Notes: generated by a model not told the origin, from the letters alone. 64,000 nucleotides of DNA from Octopus sinensis (GCF_006345805.1 NC_043010.1:58218001-58282000); one strand, 5' to 3'. Positions 49,309 through 61,772 are shown, counted from the first letter of the stretch. Translations and numbers: made by a program.

Positions 49309-52300
49309 ATGAACATCAGAGGACTGCAAACACTCAGTAACAGGACAAAAATCCCGTTCTTGAGAGACTTTGTTGCATGCAATCAAGCCTTATGCATAGC
49401 ACTTACGGAAACGAACCTGAAACCGGACATAGCAGATGCGGAATTACACATACCACAGTATGTTGTACTACGGACCGACAGAAAAGAAAGGAGTCATGGA
49501 GGAGTTGCTATGTACATCCGTGAGGACCTCACACCCCAGGTCCTTTTGTCATACTCAAACTCGGTGTGTGACACACTAATGGTACATATAAGGCAACTTG
49601 ATGTAGTTGTGTGTGCTACATATCGCCCTCCAGATGCCCCAAGCCATGTAGGCAAGTTTGAAGACTGCCTTATAAAAATAGAAGAAGTTCTAATCACATT
49701 AGAACAACACATAAGTGTACTTCTTATGGGAGACGTCAATCTACCCAATGTCAGATGGCCCGAGGGCCTTTCTCTCCCAGGAATGACAAGACCTGAACGA
49801 GGACAGGCGAGGTCCCTCCTGAACCTCATCAACACCCTGTACATGGAGCAAGTAATACTCCAACCAACCAGGGCAGGTAACACACTGGATCTCTGCTTCA
49901 CAAATAATATGGATCTCATTCATAATGTGAAAGTGACACCGACACTACTCTCGGATCACAACATGGTAGAGCTGACCATGTACGGGCCAAAGGAAAGCAT
50001 GGACATGCAGCCTACAAGAAACCCTCAGAATCTTTCCAGCTTGAACTTCCATAAGGCAAACTGGAAACAAATTGAGAAAGTGATCCTCAAACAAAACTGG
50101 CCTGAATGTCTCTCCTCGCCAGACATCGACGTGAAACTTCAATAATTCATGTCTGTAATGCAAGCTATATGCTACAAATGTGTCCCAGAGAGAAAGGCCA
50201 CTGTACACAAGAACAAAATCCCCAGAGAGAGGAAAATTTTAATGAGACGGCATACAAAAATTTCAAATCACCAAAACAAACAAATTGAAAGCAGTGAAAA
50301 GTCCCGCCTGAAAATAAAACAGTTGGAAATTGAAAAATGTCTGCAACTCTCCTATGAAAAGGAAAGAGCAGACAAAGAAGCCTGGGCTATAAACAACATA
50401 AAATCTAACCTCAGAGCTTTCTACAGGTATGCCAAAGAAACAGCTACGGTGCACTGTAGGATAGGGCCACTCCTTGAAAAGGATGGCACACTCACAGGAA
50501 AACCAATGAGGGTAAGTGAAATACTGAATGAGCAATTCAAGAGTGTTTTCACTCCACCCCTTGGGCATTTCCAAATCACCAATCCGACTGACTTCTTTAC
50601 CACTGCAGATATAAAATCAAAGGCGGCGACGATAGATTACATCGATATAAAGGAAGACGATGTAATAAAGGCTATAGATGAAATGAAAACAGACTCAGCT
50701 ACTGGCCCCGATGGATTCCCGGCAATCCTCCTAAAAGTATGTAAGAGAGTCCTAGCAAGACCACTGCAGTTCCTCTTTCAGAGCTTCCTTGCAGCTGGCA
50801 AACTTCCAAGAAAACTGAAGGAAGGTAAAATATGCCCTATTCATAAAGGAGGTAGCAGAGCGGAGGCCAAGAACTACAGACCTATCTCTCTGACCTCACA
50901 CATCAGCAAGGTCATGGAACGAATAGTCAGAAGGAAACTGATCACCTTCCTTGAAGAAAATGACTTGCTGCCTGACACCCACATGGTTTCCGACCAGGAA
51001 GAAGCTGCTTAACTCAGCTCCTACAACACTATGACTGGGTGCTGAAACGACTGCTCAACCACTCAAATGTGGAGTGATATATCTCGACTTTGCAAAGGCC
51101 TTTGATAAAGTCGATCATGGAATGATATCACAAACTGCGTGATCTTAGCATAGTTGGAAAACTGGGAGAATGGCTTCATGACTTTCTGAAAGATAGAAAT
51201 CAGGTAGTAGTAGCCAATGGGGCCACTTCCATTAACACGCAAATAGTGAGCGGTGTTCGCAGGGCACTGTTTTGGGACCACTACTGTTCATAATGGCCCT
51301 CTCAGACATGCCCTCAGCCACGCAGAGAGCCACAATCAACAAGTTATGCAGATGATACAAAAGTTTCACAAGCAATACAGAACCCTGAGGACACTAGACG
51401 CCTGCAATGTGAGCTGGACAAATATACAAGTGGGCTGAAAAAATAGCATGCAGTTCAATGCTGAAAAGTTTCAAGCTTTATGCTATCAGCATGCAAAACT
51501 AAATGCAATAATACCAATGAATACACTGGACTCGGAGGAATTGCAATCCCAGAGGCACAATCAGTGCGTAACCTGGGTATTACATGAGTGATGACGCAAC
51601 CTTTCGTGTACATGTTGCTAAATTGACAATGAAATGTAGACGACTGGCCGGATGGATTCTCAGAACCTTTAGAACAAGAGAACAAGAAACCATGATGGTC
51701 CTCTGGAGGAAACTTGTCCTAAGCCACTTTGACTATTGCTCTCAGCGATGGTCACCATCAGTGTCAAGTTGATCACAGAACTTGAGGCGATCCAACGTAG
51801 CTACATGAAGAAGATAGCCTCTGTGCATAATATAGCTACTGGGAAAGACTCAGAGATTAAAACTCTATTTTGGTGCGTAGGTGAGAAAGATAGCCATAAT
51901 ATACGTCTGGAAGATCCTGGAAGGACTTGTCCAAATTGGCATCGAGAGTTACACAAATCAGAAACTGGCGCCACGCGTGGTGTGCCTAGGACTCCAATTT
52001 GCATCAAGAAGTAGGACAAGATACTGCGATAGCCGGGCTTCCGAGGCCCACAGCTCTTCAATATCCTCCCGAAGACCTAAGATACCTGCATGGGGTGGAT
52101 GAAGATGTCTTTAAATGAAATGGATCTTTTCTTGTCAGGTATCCAGAGGAACCAACTTCACGGCAGGAGGGCGCAGATGAGGGCAGCTGCATCGAACTCT
52201 CTCATGCACCAAATGGCAGTTGCTAAAAAGCATTTGTGAAGTCAAAACCATGTAGCAACACCAAATGGCGGTGCCCCAGCATGGCCACAGCTCGTGAGCT

Positions 52301-52329
52301 GAAACTAGAATCAATCAATCAATCAATCA
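49309..52329 (+). mobile_element. CR1/L2-like LINE ORF2 (APE endonuclease + RT) and 3' UTR, pseudogenised
   Basis: [35 protein letters not shown] (APE); KNYRPISLTS, DFAKAFDKV, YADD (RT); in-frame TAA at 50143 and later frameshifts; (CAAT)n tail. Confidence 0.97.
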
Positions 52330-52792
52330 TATACATACATATATATATATATATACATACATATATATACATATTATATAATATATACATACATATATAT
52401 ATACATACATATATTATATATATTACCTACATATATATATATATTATACATACATATATATATATATACAACATATATATATACAATACATATATATATA
52501 TATATACATATATATATAAATTACATATATATACATACATATAAATATATATAAAATATTATATACTATACTATATATAATATATACATATATATATATA
52601 TACATATATATTACAGACATATATATATATATACATACATTATATATATAATAGACATAAATACTATCGATATATATATATATATTTTTATTTTTACTAT
52701 TATTATATATAACATATTTAATACATATATGTATATATATATATATACATACATATATTATATATATATATACATACATATAAAATCTATTT

Positions 52793-52849
<57 letters not shown>

Positions 52850-53005
52850 CGGATATATTTAGATAACAATATATATACACACATATATATATATATACAC
52901 ATATATATAACATAGATATAATATATATATACAATATATATAGATATCACATATATAATATATAATATAATAACAATATATATATAACATATATATATAT
53001 ATATA

Positions 53006-54550
53006 TGGCGGAACTCATTGGATGCTGGAATATACCAGAAGACCTTCTATCCCAGTCTGTTGTCCCAGTTTTCAAAAAAGGAAACAAATCGCTTGCCGTG
53101 AATTACCGTCCAATCTCACTCACCTCTCATATCATCAAGGTATTTGAGAGGGTGCCTGAGATCGCGTATGACTCACTTCCTTGAGAGTCATAATATGCTG
53201 AACCCCAACCAGCATGGATTCCGTAATGGGAGAGATTGCCTGACGCAGCTACGGCATCATTTTGATGACATTTTGAGAGCCTGGGAAAGGGTTCCAACAC
53301 TGATGTCATCTACCTTGATTTCAGCAAGGCCTTTGACAGGGTTGATCATAAGATCCTCTGAGAAAGCTGTCCAAATTGGTGTCACTGGAAAGCTGCTGCA
53401 ATGGATCAAGTGCTTCCTCTCTAACAGAACCCAACATGTTGTAGTCGAAGGAGTCAAATCCAGCCCAGCCAAAGTCAGCAGTGGTGTCCCACAAGGCACT
53501 GTGTTGGGCCCACTTCTCTTCATCATCTACATAAATGATATTACTGACACCATCAAACACAGCAACATCAGAACCTTCGCTGATGATTCCAAGCTCAGAA
53601 GGTCATCAATGGCGTGGATGACCGAATAAACCTTCAGTCAGACCTACTGGCTGTTGTCCAATGGGCGAAAAGAATAACATGTTGCTAAATGAAGACAAAT
53701 TCGAACTGATCCACTTTGGAAGGGAGGACGCTCTGAAACTCCCATACTCTCTTCCTTCTGGAGAAATTCTCATGGCATCCACACAACATCAGAGACCTGG
53801 GATTAGTAACAGTGGACAACAACATAAGCTGGGTACACATATAAGCAGCAAAGTTGACATGGCCCGCAGAATGTGTTCCTGGATTCTCAGAACCTTCCAG
53901 TCGAGAGATTCCCACGCTATTATCCTTCTCTCTCCCTTTTGCCCGACCCCACCTGAATACTGCTGTCCACTGTGGTCTCCTACACAAAACAAAATATTAT
54001 GAGAATTGAAGCTCCCCAAAGGTCAATCACAAAAAAGATAGATGGCATGTCAGACCTTGACTACTGGGGTGGGTAGACTAGAGAGCTGAAATTGTATTCA
54101 CTCCAACGACGCCGTGAACGCTACATTATCTGTATGATGTGGAAAATATTCCATCAGCACTGTCCGGAATGATGTTGGCATCACCTTCAAAATGCATCCA
54201 AGGCTTGGACCACGTGCCATCCGTCCACAACAAAAATCTAAATCGCATCACATAACGACAATACGGCACAACTATTTCACCTCAATTGGACCCGCTCTCT
54301 TCAACATTACACCAGGACACGTCAAAAAAGAAACTGACACACAAAAATTCAAGAAGTCTTTGGACAAATTCCTTCAAACAGTACCGGACAAACCACCCAC
54401 ACCCGGATATGTCTCCGCAACAATAACTCTCTGCTCGAATATGGGCCTTGGTGCCCAAATCCTGAACTGAAAGACTTCGCCAGGTGGTGCTATTAGTTGA
54501 CCATGGCCTGGGCCATACTGGCCAAAAACCTTTCTAAGTTATTCTAAGTT
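53006..54550 (+). mobile_element. Second CR1/L2-like LINE, 5'-truncated RT and 3' end, frameshifted
   Basis: VNYRPISLTSHIIKVFERV, DFSKAFDRVDH, SGVPQGTVLGPLLFIIYINDI, FADD; TTCTAAG-type repeat tail. Confidence 0.95.
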
Positions 54551-54602
<52 letters not shown>

Positions 54603-54629
54603 AACACATATATATACACATATATAAAT

Positions 54630-57012
54630 ATGTTGCAAGACAGTGTGTGAGAGAGAATCGTGACGTGGTAGGAGAGAAATGTGTTCGCAAGGATGACGGT
54701 TCACTTGCGCTAAATGAGGATGCAAAGAGAGGCTTGGAGACGCCACTATGAAAGGTTGCTGAATGAGGAAAATGAATGGGATAAAGAGAGTCTGCCGAAT
54801 GTCGACCCAACAGAGGGACCAGCAATCCGAGTTAACAGTTCCTTAGTAGTTAAGGCAATTACAAGCATGAAAACAGGGAAAGCCCCAGGCCCATCAGGAA
54901 TTACTGCAGAGATGCTCAAATATCTGGTAGTGTCGGCTATAGCATAGTCACCCGTATAGTTACCAGGTGATACACGAAGGAGTCATACCCAATGACTGGT
55001 GTAGCAGCATAATAGTCAACTGCTACAAAGGTAAAGGTGACGCCCTAGATACAAATAACTACAGGGGCATCAAGCTGCTGGATCAGGTAATGAAGGTTAC
55101 GGAGAGGGTTATAGCCCAATTAATTAGAGAGAGAGTTAGCTTAGATGAGATGCAGTTGGGTTCGTGCCAGGGAAAAGTACTACTGATGCTATATTCCTGG
55201 TAAGACAGCTGCAGGAGAAATACCTAGCCAAAGATAAGCCCTTGTACCTGGCTTTTGTTGACATGGAGAAAGCCTTTGACAGGGTCCCCCGATCCCTTAT
55301 CTGGTGGTCAATGAGGAAACTAGGGATAGATGAATGGTTAGTGAGAGCTGTGCGAGCCATGTACAGAGACGCTGCTAGTAAGGTGAGGATTGGCAATGAG
55401 TACAGTGAAGAATTCCGGGTAGAGGTTGGGGTCCACCAAGGTTCAGTCCTCAGTCCCCTCCTATTTATCATAGTCCTCCAGGCAATAACGGAGGAATTCA
55501 AGACAGGATGCCCCTGGGAGCTCCTCTATGCTGATGACCTTGCTCTAATTGCTGAGTCACTATCAGAACTGGAGGAGAAGTTTCAGGTGTGGAAGCAAGG
55601 TCTAGAATCAAAGGGCCTCAGAATCAATCTAGCCAAAACCAAAGTCCTAATAAGTAGGAAAGTAGACAAGTCACAAACGCCTTCAGGTAGATGGCCCTGC
55701 TCGATCTGTAAAAAAGATGTAGGTAGAAACTCTATAAGGTGCACCAAGTGCAAGCTATGGACACTTAAGAGGTGTAGCAATGTCAAAGGAAGGCTAACTA
55801 GGAAAATAGTTTTTGTCTGTGGCAGATGCTCAGGAGCAATAAACACTGAAAATGTGCAGAGACCAACTTCTACTACATTCCAGGGAGAAAAACTAGAAGT
55901 AGTTGATAGCTTCCGCTACCTAGGTGACCAAGTCAGTAGCGGGAGGGCTGAAAGTGTAACTGCTAGAGTAAGAATAGCCTGGGCAAAGTTTAGAGAGCTC
56001 TTACCCCTGCTGGTGACAAAAGGCCTCTCGCTCAGAGTAAAAGGCAGACTGTATGATGCATGTGTACATACAGCCATGCTACATAGTAGTGAAACATGGG
56101 CCGTGACTGCTGAGGACATGCGTAAGCTCGCAAGAAATGAAGCCAGTATGCTCTGATGGATGTGTAATGTCAGTGTTCATAATCGACAGAGTGTAAGTAC
56201 CTTGAGAGAAAAGTTGAACCTAAGAAGCATCAGTTGTGGTGTGCAAGAGAGACGGCTGCGCTGGTATGGTCATGTGACGAGAATGGCTGAAGATAGTTGT
56301 GTGCAAAAGTGCTACACCCTAGCAGTTGAGGGAACCTGTGGAAGAGGTAGACCCAGGAAAACCTGGGATGAGGTGGTGAAGCACGACCTTCGAACTTTAG
56401 GTCTCACCAAGGAAATGACTAGAGACCGAGACCTATGGAAGTATGCTGTGCGTGAGAAGACCCGGCAAGACTAGTGAGGCCATAACCCGTGGCCCCTACC
56501 TGGGACGTAGTCAGTTCACCTGTGCATACCTTCCTTCTTGTGACACTTGTGAAGACCTGTTGAGGCAAGTGAAAATCAAACCAAATCAAAATAGATGAAC
56601 ATCAAATGGAATTTGTATCTTTGTGGTACCAGTGCCGGTGGCACATAAGAAAACCATCCGAACGTGGCCATAGCCAGTACCGCATCAACTGGCCTCCGTG
56701 CTGTGGGCACGTAACAAACACCATCCGAGCATGGCCGTCTGCCAGCCTCGTCTGGCACCTGTGTCGGTGGCACATAAAAAAACACCATCCGAGCGTGGCC
56801 GTTCGCCAGCCTCGTCTGGCACCTGTGTCGGTGGCACATAAAATCACCCACTACACTCTCGGAGTGGTTGGCGTTAGGAAGGGCATCCAGCTGTAGAAAC
56901 ACTGCCAGATCTGACTGGCCTGGTGCAGCCTTCGGGCTCCCCAGACCCCAGTTGAACCGTCCAACCCATGCTAGCATGGAAAGCGGACGTTAAACGATGA
57001 TGATGATGATGA
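54630..57012 (+). mobile_element. 5'-truncated RTE LINE with RT, Cys-rich insert, 3' UTR tandem units and (GAT)n tail
   Basis: NYRGIKLL, FVDMEKAFDRVPR, GVHQGSVLSPLLF, LLYADDL, RLRWYGHV, GRGRPRKTW; few stops and frameshifts. Confidence 0.97.
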
Positions 57013-57038
57013 TATATATATATATATATATATATATT

Positions 57039-57245
57039 ACGGAGATGTACTTGCATAGCAAGTGATTTGATCTGAGATTGTGCGCTGAAACAAAAACAAT
57101 TGCAGCGTGGAAGGTGTTTGTAAGCCATTTAAGAAACACATAAAAACTGTTAGATTCACCTCAACATTTAAGTTTAATTTGTCAAAATATTTTCGTCGCT
57201 TTAAAACCGTGACCTGTTCACTGACAAAACTCCATGCTGCATCTG
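57039..57245 (-). mobile_element. Short Penelope-terminus-like repeat with hammerhead
   Basis: Island between (TA)n and the Tc1 end; contains the motif at 57178-57228. Confidence 0.6.
57178..57228 (-). ncRNA. Minimal type-I hammerhead with G3-C8 compensatory core
   Basis: TTTGTCA GTGAACA G GTCAC GGTTTTAAA GCGAC GAAA ATA TTT GACAAA: 7-bp helix I, helix II 4/5 bp, AATATT palindrome, UUU site. Confidence 0.75.
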
Positions 57246-57282
57246 AGAAAGTAACAGTTAGTTCGTTATATATATGTACGTA

Positions 57283-57830
57283 CAGTTGCGGCCAAAATTT
57301 TCAGAACGGCATTGTTTTCCTCAGAAAAGTAGGTATAAGTTTTTATGAAAGTTGTTTTATATTCTATAATTTTCACAGACAATAAATACGATATTATTTG
57401 TTATTGTCTGAGATTTTGGTGTAATTTGAGAGGACAATAAAAAAGTTATGGATGATTTAGTGATTTACTGCAAAACCTATGGCGGCCAAAATGATCAGAA
57501 CGGTTGCTTTTACTCCGTGTTTTAGTATATTTAACTGGGGAACTCTAATGTTTTGAATTTGTTTACGTGACGGTTCGTTTACTAAACATTAGTAAGAATA
57601 TCTGCAGTGTACTTTGTTAATATAATGCTACTTACTCCGTTACCAATTCGTCAGCAGATTATTAAACTTCAAAAGAAGGATAATTTAAGTATTAGGTCTA
57701 TTGCAAAGATTGTTAACAAGTCATAAAGTGTTGTTCACGGTATTCTTAAAGTCTACAATGATTGTGGTTCGTGTGAAGCTAGAAAGTCTACAGGTAGGCC
57801 AAGAAAAATGACTAAGAGAGAAAAGACTTT
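57283..57830 (+). mobile_element. Tc1-family left end with two direct repeats and transposase N-terminus
   Basis: TA|CAGTTGCGGCCAAAATTTTCAGAACGG, second GCGGCCAAAATGATCAGAACGG at 57482; ATG 57625 ...IRQQIIKLQKKDNLSIRSIAKIVNKS*...STGRPRKMT. Confidence 0.88.
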
Positions 57831-57949
57831 CTCATTTCCCGAGCATTAAACTAATATATCTGTTTGTTGTTTACACACCCATCTTCGTCTTTTGTTTTTT
57901 TGTAAATTCTCACTATATATATAATATATATACACACACACACACACAC

Positions 57950-58056
57950 AGCTGCATTGAACTCTCTCATGCACCAAATGGCAATTGCTAAAAAGCATTC
58001 GTGAAGTAAAATGGCGGTGCCCCAGCATGGCCACAACTTGTGAGCTGAAACTAGAT
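57950..58056 (+). mobile_element. Solo 3' tail of the CR1-like family at 49309-52329
   Basis: CAGCTGCATTGAACTCTCTCATGCACCAAATGGC...GGCGGTGCCCAGCATGGCCAC...CTGAAACTAG matches 52185-52310. Confidence 0.9.
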
Positions 58057-58090
58057 AAAAATTTTAAAAATTAAAATTTATATATATATA

Positions 58091-58123
<33 letters not shown>

Positions 58124-58250
58124 CATACATACATACATACATACATACATACACACATTTATATATATCTTATCAAGTGGCCAGCTTTATATATAATAAG
58201 ATCGATATTTAAATAAACGACCTTATCCTTATTTATATAAATTTCACATT

Positions 58251-58298
<48 letters not shown>

Positions 58299-59059
58299 GA
58301 TATACATACATTCACCCAACCTCCCATACCCACATACATCTGAATAAATGTGCACATGAGCATGCAGAAGTATTTCGTTGATCGCAAGTTATTGGGAAGA
58401 AAGAGCATTTGACTTCAGCTAGTAGCAATTAATTGCATTAGCAAACTGAACGTGCATGTGTAAATTGCGCCTGGATTGCAACGTCAGCCTCACTTGAGCA
58501 CACACACATTTAATAATGCTGTTATTGACAATTTTCTCTCATTTTAACAATCCTGCTTGCATGATCTTCTCCAAACTGGGCCAGGTCTTTCTCTTGTGTT
58601 ATACAAATCCAGGTGGATCCGTCAAATATTCCATTAATTGTTTGAGACTGGCTTTTATTTTACTTTATTTATTTATTAGCTTTTATCTTCCCTCATTTAC
58701 TTGTTTCAGTCATTAGACTGCTGCCATGCTGGAGCACTGCCTTGAAGAATTTCAAATTTTCGCAAATTCTGATACCTGTTCTATTCGTCTCTTTTGCCAA
58801 ACCACTCAGTTACGAGGACAAAAACAAACCAACACTGGTTGACATAAACACACACACATGTGCGCACAAACACATACACACACACACACACCACACACAT
58901 ACGCATACACCCACACATACACACAGGCACACACAAACATACACACATATGTACATTTACATTAGGCTTCTTTCAGTTTCCTCTACCAAATCTACTCACA
59001 AGGTTATGGTCAGCCCTAGGCTATGGTAGAAGATGCCTGTCCAGGGTGCAAGTGAAGTA

Positions 59060-59245
59060 TCTTACTTGAAGGATTTTCTTCAAGTAATGCGTCAACTGGA
59101 CATCCTCTTCAATCTTCATCTTCAAGGCTAAAATCTCCACTATTGAATTTTGCAAACCATCTTCTGCAAGTTCTTTCATTCAAGCATTCTTTCCCAAAAA
59201 CTGAGTTTCGGCTGCAGTTTCCTTTTTGTACTCATAAAGCATTAT
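59060..59245 (-). mobile_element. mariner transposase N-terminal fragment
   Basis: Minus strand ...CLNERTCRRWFAKFNSGDFSLEDED*RGCP (WFxxFxxGDFxLED motif). Confidence 0.8.
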
Positions 59246-60121
59246 GTGCCTTAAATGCTCTTTGGATACTTCCATGTTAGAAAGGGTTTTAATCAAAGAA
59301 ATTTTAATTCTATTATTCTGTAAAATAATATTTAATTAGTTTAAATGTACACAAAAGCATAAAAATAATTTTTAATTCCATTAGACATTCTAAAATACTA
59401 TTAAATTTCATTCAATTTTGAGAAAGGTAAAATTGGACACAACTTATGGGATTACCTATACGTATATGCATGCATACATGCATATGTACATACACACACA
59501 TGCATACATACATACATATATCCACACATACATACACATGTACATGCATGCATATACACATACATACACTTACTGCACTCACAGTATATATGCACACACT
59601 GATATACATCCTACAAGAAGGATGTGACCAAACACTGAGACAAATAGACTAGCCCACTCTACTGCTCCCCTACTTACTGGCCTCTTTTGGACTCTTCCTT
59701 TACTTTCAGCTCTTATATTTCCATACTTTATTGTGCCCCCTGTTTAGCCACCACCACCACCACCACCATTACTAACTCCCCACAATCCTCATTCCACTGG
59801 CCACCCTAACCCTAACCCTAACTGACCAGTGGTCAGTGAAGTTAGTCTGTCTGTGTGTCCAAAAGTTAGATGGGACAGACAGACAGACACAGTATTTGAT
59901 GACCAGAACCAGGAATTAATATGAGAGATTTGGTGTTAATGACAGTGAGGTGGATGGTATGGGAAGGGTGGTGGTGGTAAGAGGAAGTTGAACTCAGTGA
60001 TATGATGGTAGTAGTAGTAGTAGTAGTAGTGCTATAGTGTGGAGGTGGGGGGGGATTAATTCTCTAGCTAGTTGTTTGCTAGTTGTTTGCTGGCTGTATT
60101 ATTATTCTTTTGGTGTTTTTG

Positions 60122-60335
60122 TTGGCTGGCAGAATTGTTAGCATGCCAGGTGAAATGCTTAGCAGTATTTCATCTGCCACTATGTTCTAAGTTCAAATTC
60201 CGCCGGTCGACTTTGCCTTTCATCCTCTCAGAGTCAATAAATTAGGTATCAGTCAAGTACTGGGGTCGATGTGATCAGCTTACACACTCCCCCAAAATTT
60301 CAGGCTTGTGCCTGCAGTAGAAAGGAATATCATTA
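60122..60335 (+). mobile_element. SINE family B
   Basis: GCTGGCAGAATTGTTAGCATGCCAGGTGAAATGCTT...GTTCAAATTCCGCC, matches 11429-11600. Confidence 0.8.
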
Positions 60336-60849
60336 TTATTAATTATGTTTATTATTATCATTCCATGATGAAAAGGTTGAAGAGGGTCACTTTCCTCTCA
60401 GGAGGCAGATCAGAGTAGAGAGGGAGGTGCTCCCTTCTAGCAAATTTATTGAAAAGGTGGAAGAGTGTGGCAAGCATGGTTCGTGTGAATGGGCCTGCTC
60501 TGAGCATGTGCTTCTGAGTGGAGTAAGGGGAAGAGGAAACACTTGCCTAAGTGGTCAGGAAAACTGTGATTTTCTGTGGGGTTTGCACAGTTTTCCCTTG
60601 GAAATTTCCCCCTATTGAGGAATTGTATTTGTTTAATTTTATTGTTAATTTTTGTTATTGTTTTATGTTTACTAAGTAAACCCCTCCATTTGTGCCTTTG
60701 TATTTGCATCCCTGTATGTTCTATGCAGGCCCATGTGGCCAATAAAGAAAACATTACTATTATTTAACTTTTAATCGGCATATTTATTATACACCCAACG
60801 TCCTGGGGCAAGTGAAGGATAAGAGATGTTATAGTATGACTGAAAGGTT

Positions 60850-61772
60850 GGGAGGGGAAGTAATGATATATCTTCAAGTAATACAACACAGACATTTAAA
60901 TGGATGGGGTTTTTCTAAGGATGCGGGCAGTACTTGTCAGCACAATCTTTTGGATTTCTCTGAGACCTGGTTCTCCTGGGATCTTATCTAGATGTTTCCG
61001 ACATACCTTTTTTTTATCATACTTAGGGCACCTACAATAACATGAATAGTTCTCGTTTTAAGATGCCACATCTTGTATATTTCGGTTTCCAGGTTCTTAT
61101 ATTTATTTAGTATGTCAAATTCCTTGATAGATATGTTTTTATCAGTGGGAACACTTACATCTGTTAGTGTACAATTATTTTCTTCCCTGTCTTTAATAAT
61201 TATGTCTGGACAATTAACCTGGATCATTCTGTCATTATTGAATGGAAAATCCCAGAGGCTGGTGACATTTTTACCTTCAACAACTGGCTCAGAATGGTAT
61301 TCATACCAGTAACCAGGAGTGCTGATTTTGTAGTGTTTACATATTTTCTAATGTAAATACTGTCCTACACTATCATGGTGATTTTTGTATTCTTTTGGTA
61401 TCAGCACAGGACATCCCAAAACGAGATGGTCTTTTGTTTCATCAAATGTGTTGCAGAATCTGCATTTAGAGTCAGAACCATTTTGAAGAATTTTAGCCTG
61501 GTAGTTTTTTTGTGAGCAAGCTTTGGTCTTGTGCCACCAATATGAAACCTTTGGTCTCTGCTTTCAGTCCTGAACTTCTCAGCCACCGATGCGTTGTTGC
61601 TTGATCTACATCAGCATTTCAACTTCCAAGTACATACTGTCCATGCAGAGGCTTCTGGCTCCACCACTCCTCAGTTTCTTTCTGCTCATTCTTTTTTGCA
61701 GTCTGCTTCAGCCATTTTGCTTGTTTTGTGGCAGTGGTTTCAGGTACTTCAACTATGTCAGAGTTAATGCCA
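60850..61772 (-). mobile_element. R4/Dong-like RLE retrotransposon 3' fragment (CCHC + PD-(D/E)xK endonuclease)
   Basis: WSQKPLHGQY, SKCRFC...H...C...HHDSVGQYLH, PDIIIKD...DVSVPTDKNISIKE...KYKNL...VIVGAL, EIQKIVLTSTARILRK stop; frameshifted. Confidence 0.9.

Noticed and set aside
58421-58442. GCAATTAATTGC palindrome and TAATNNNATTA homeodomain-like site
   Set aside because: All-AT motifs of this size are expected by chance in this composition
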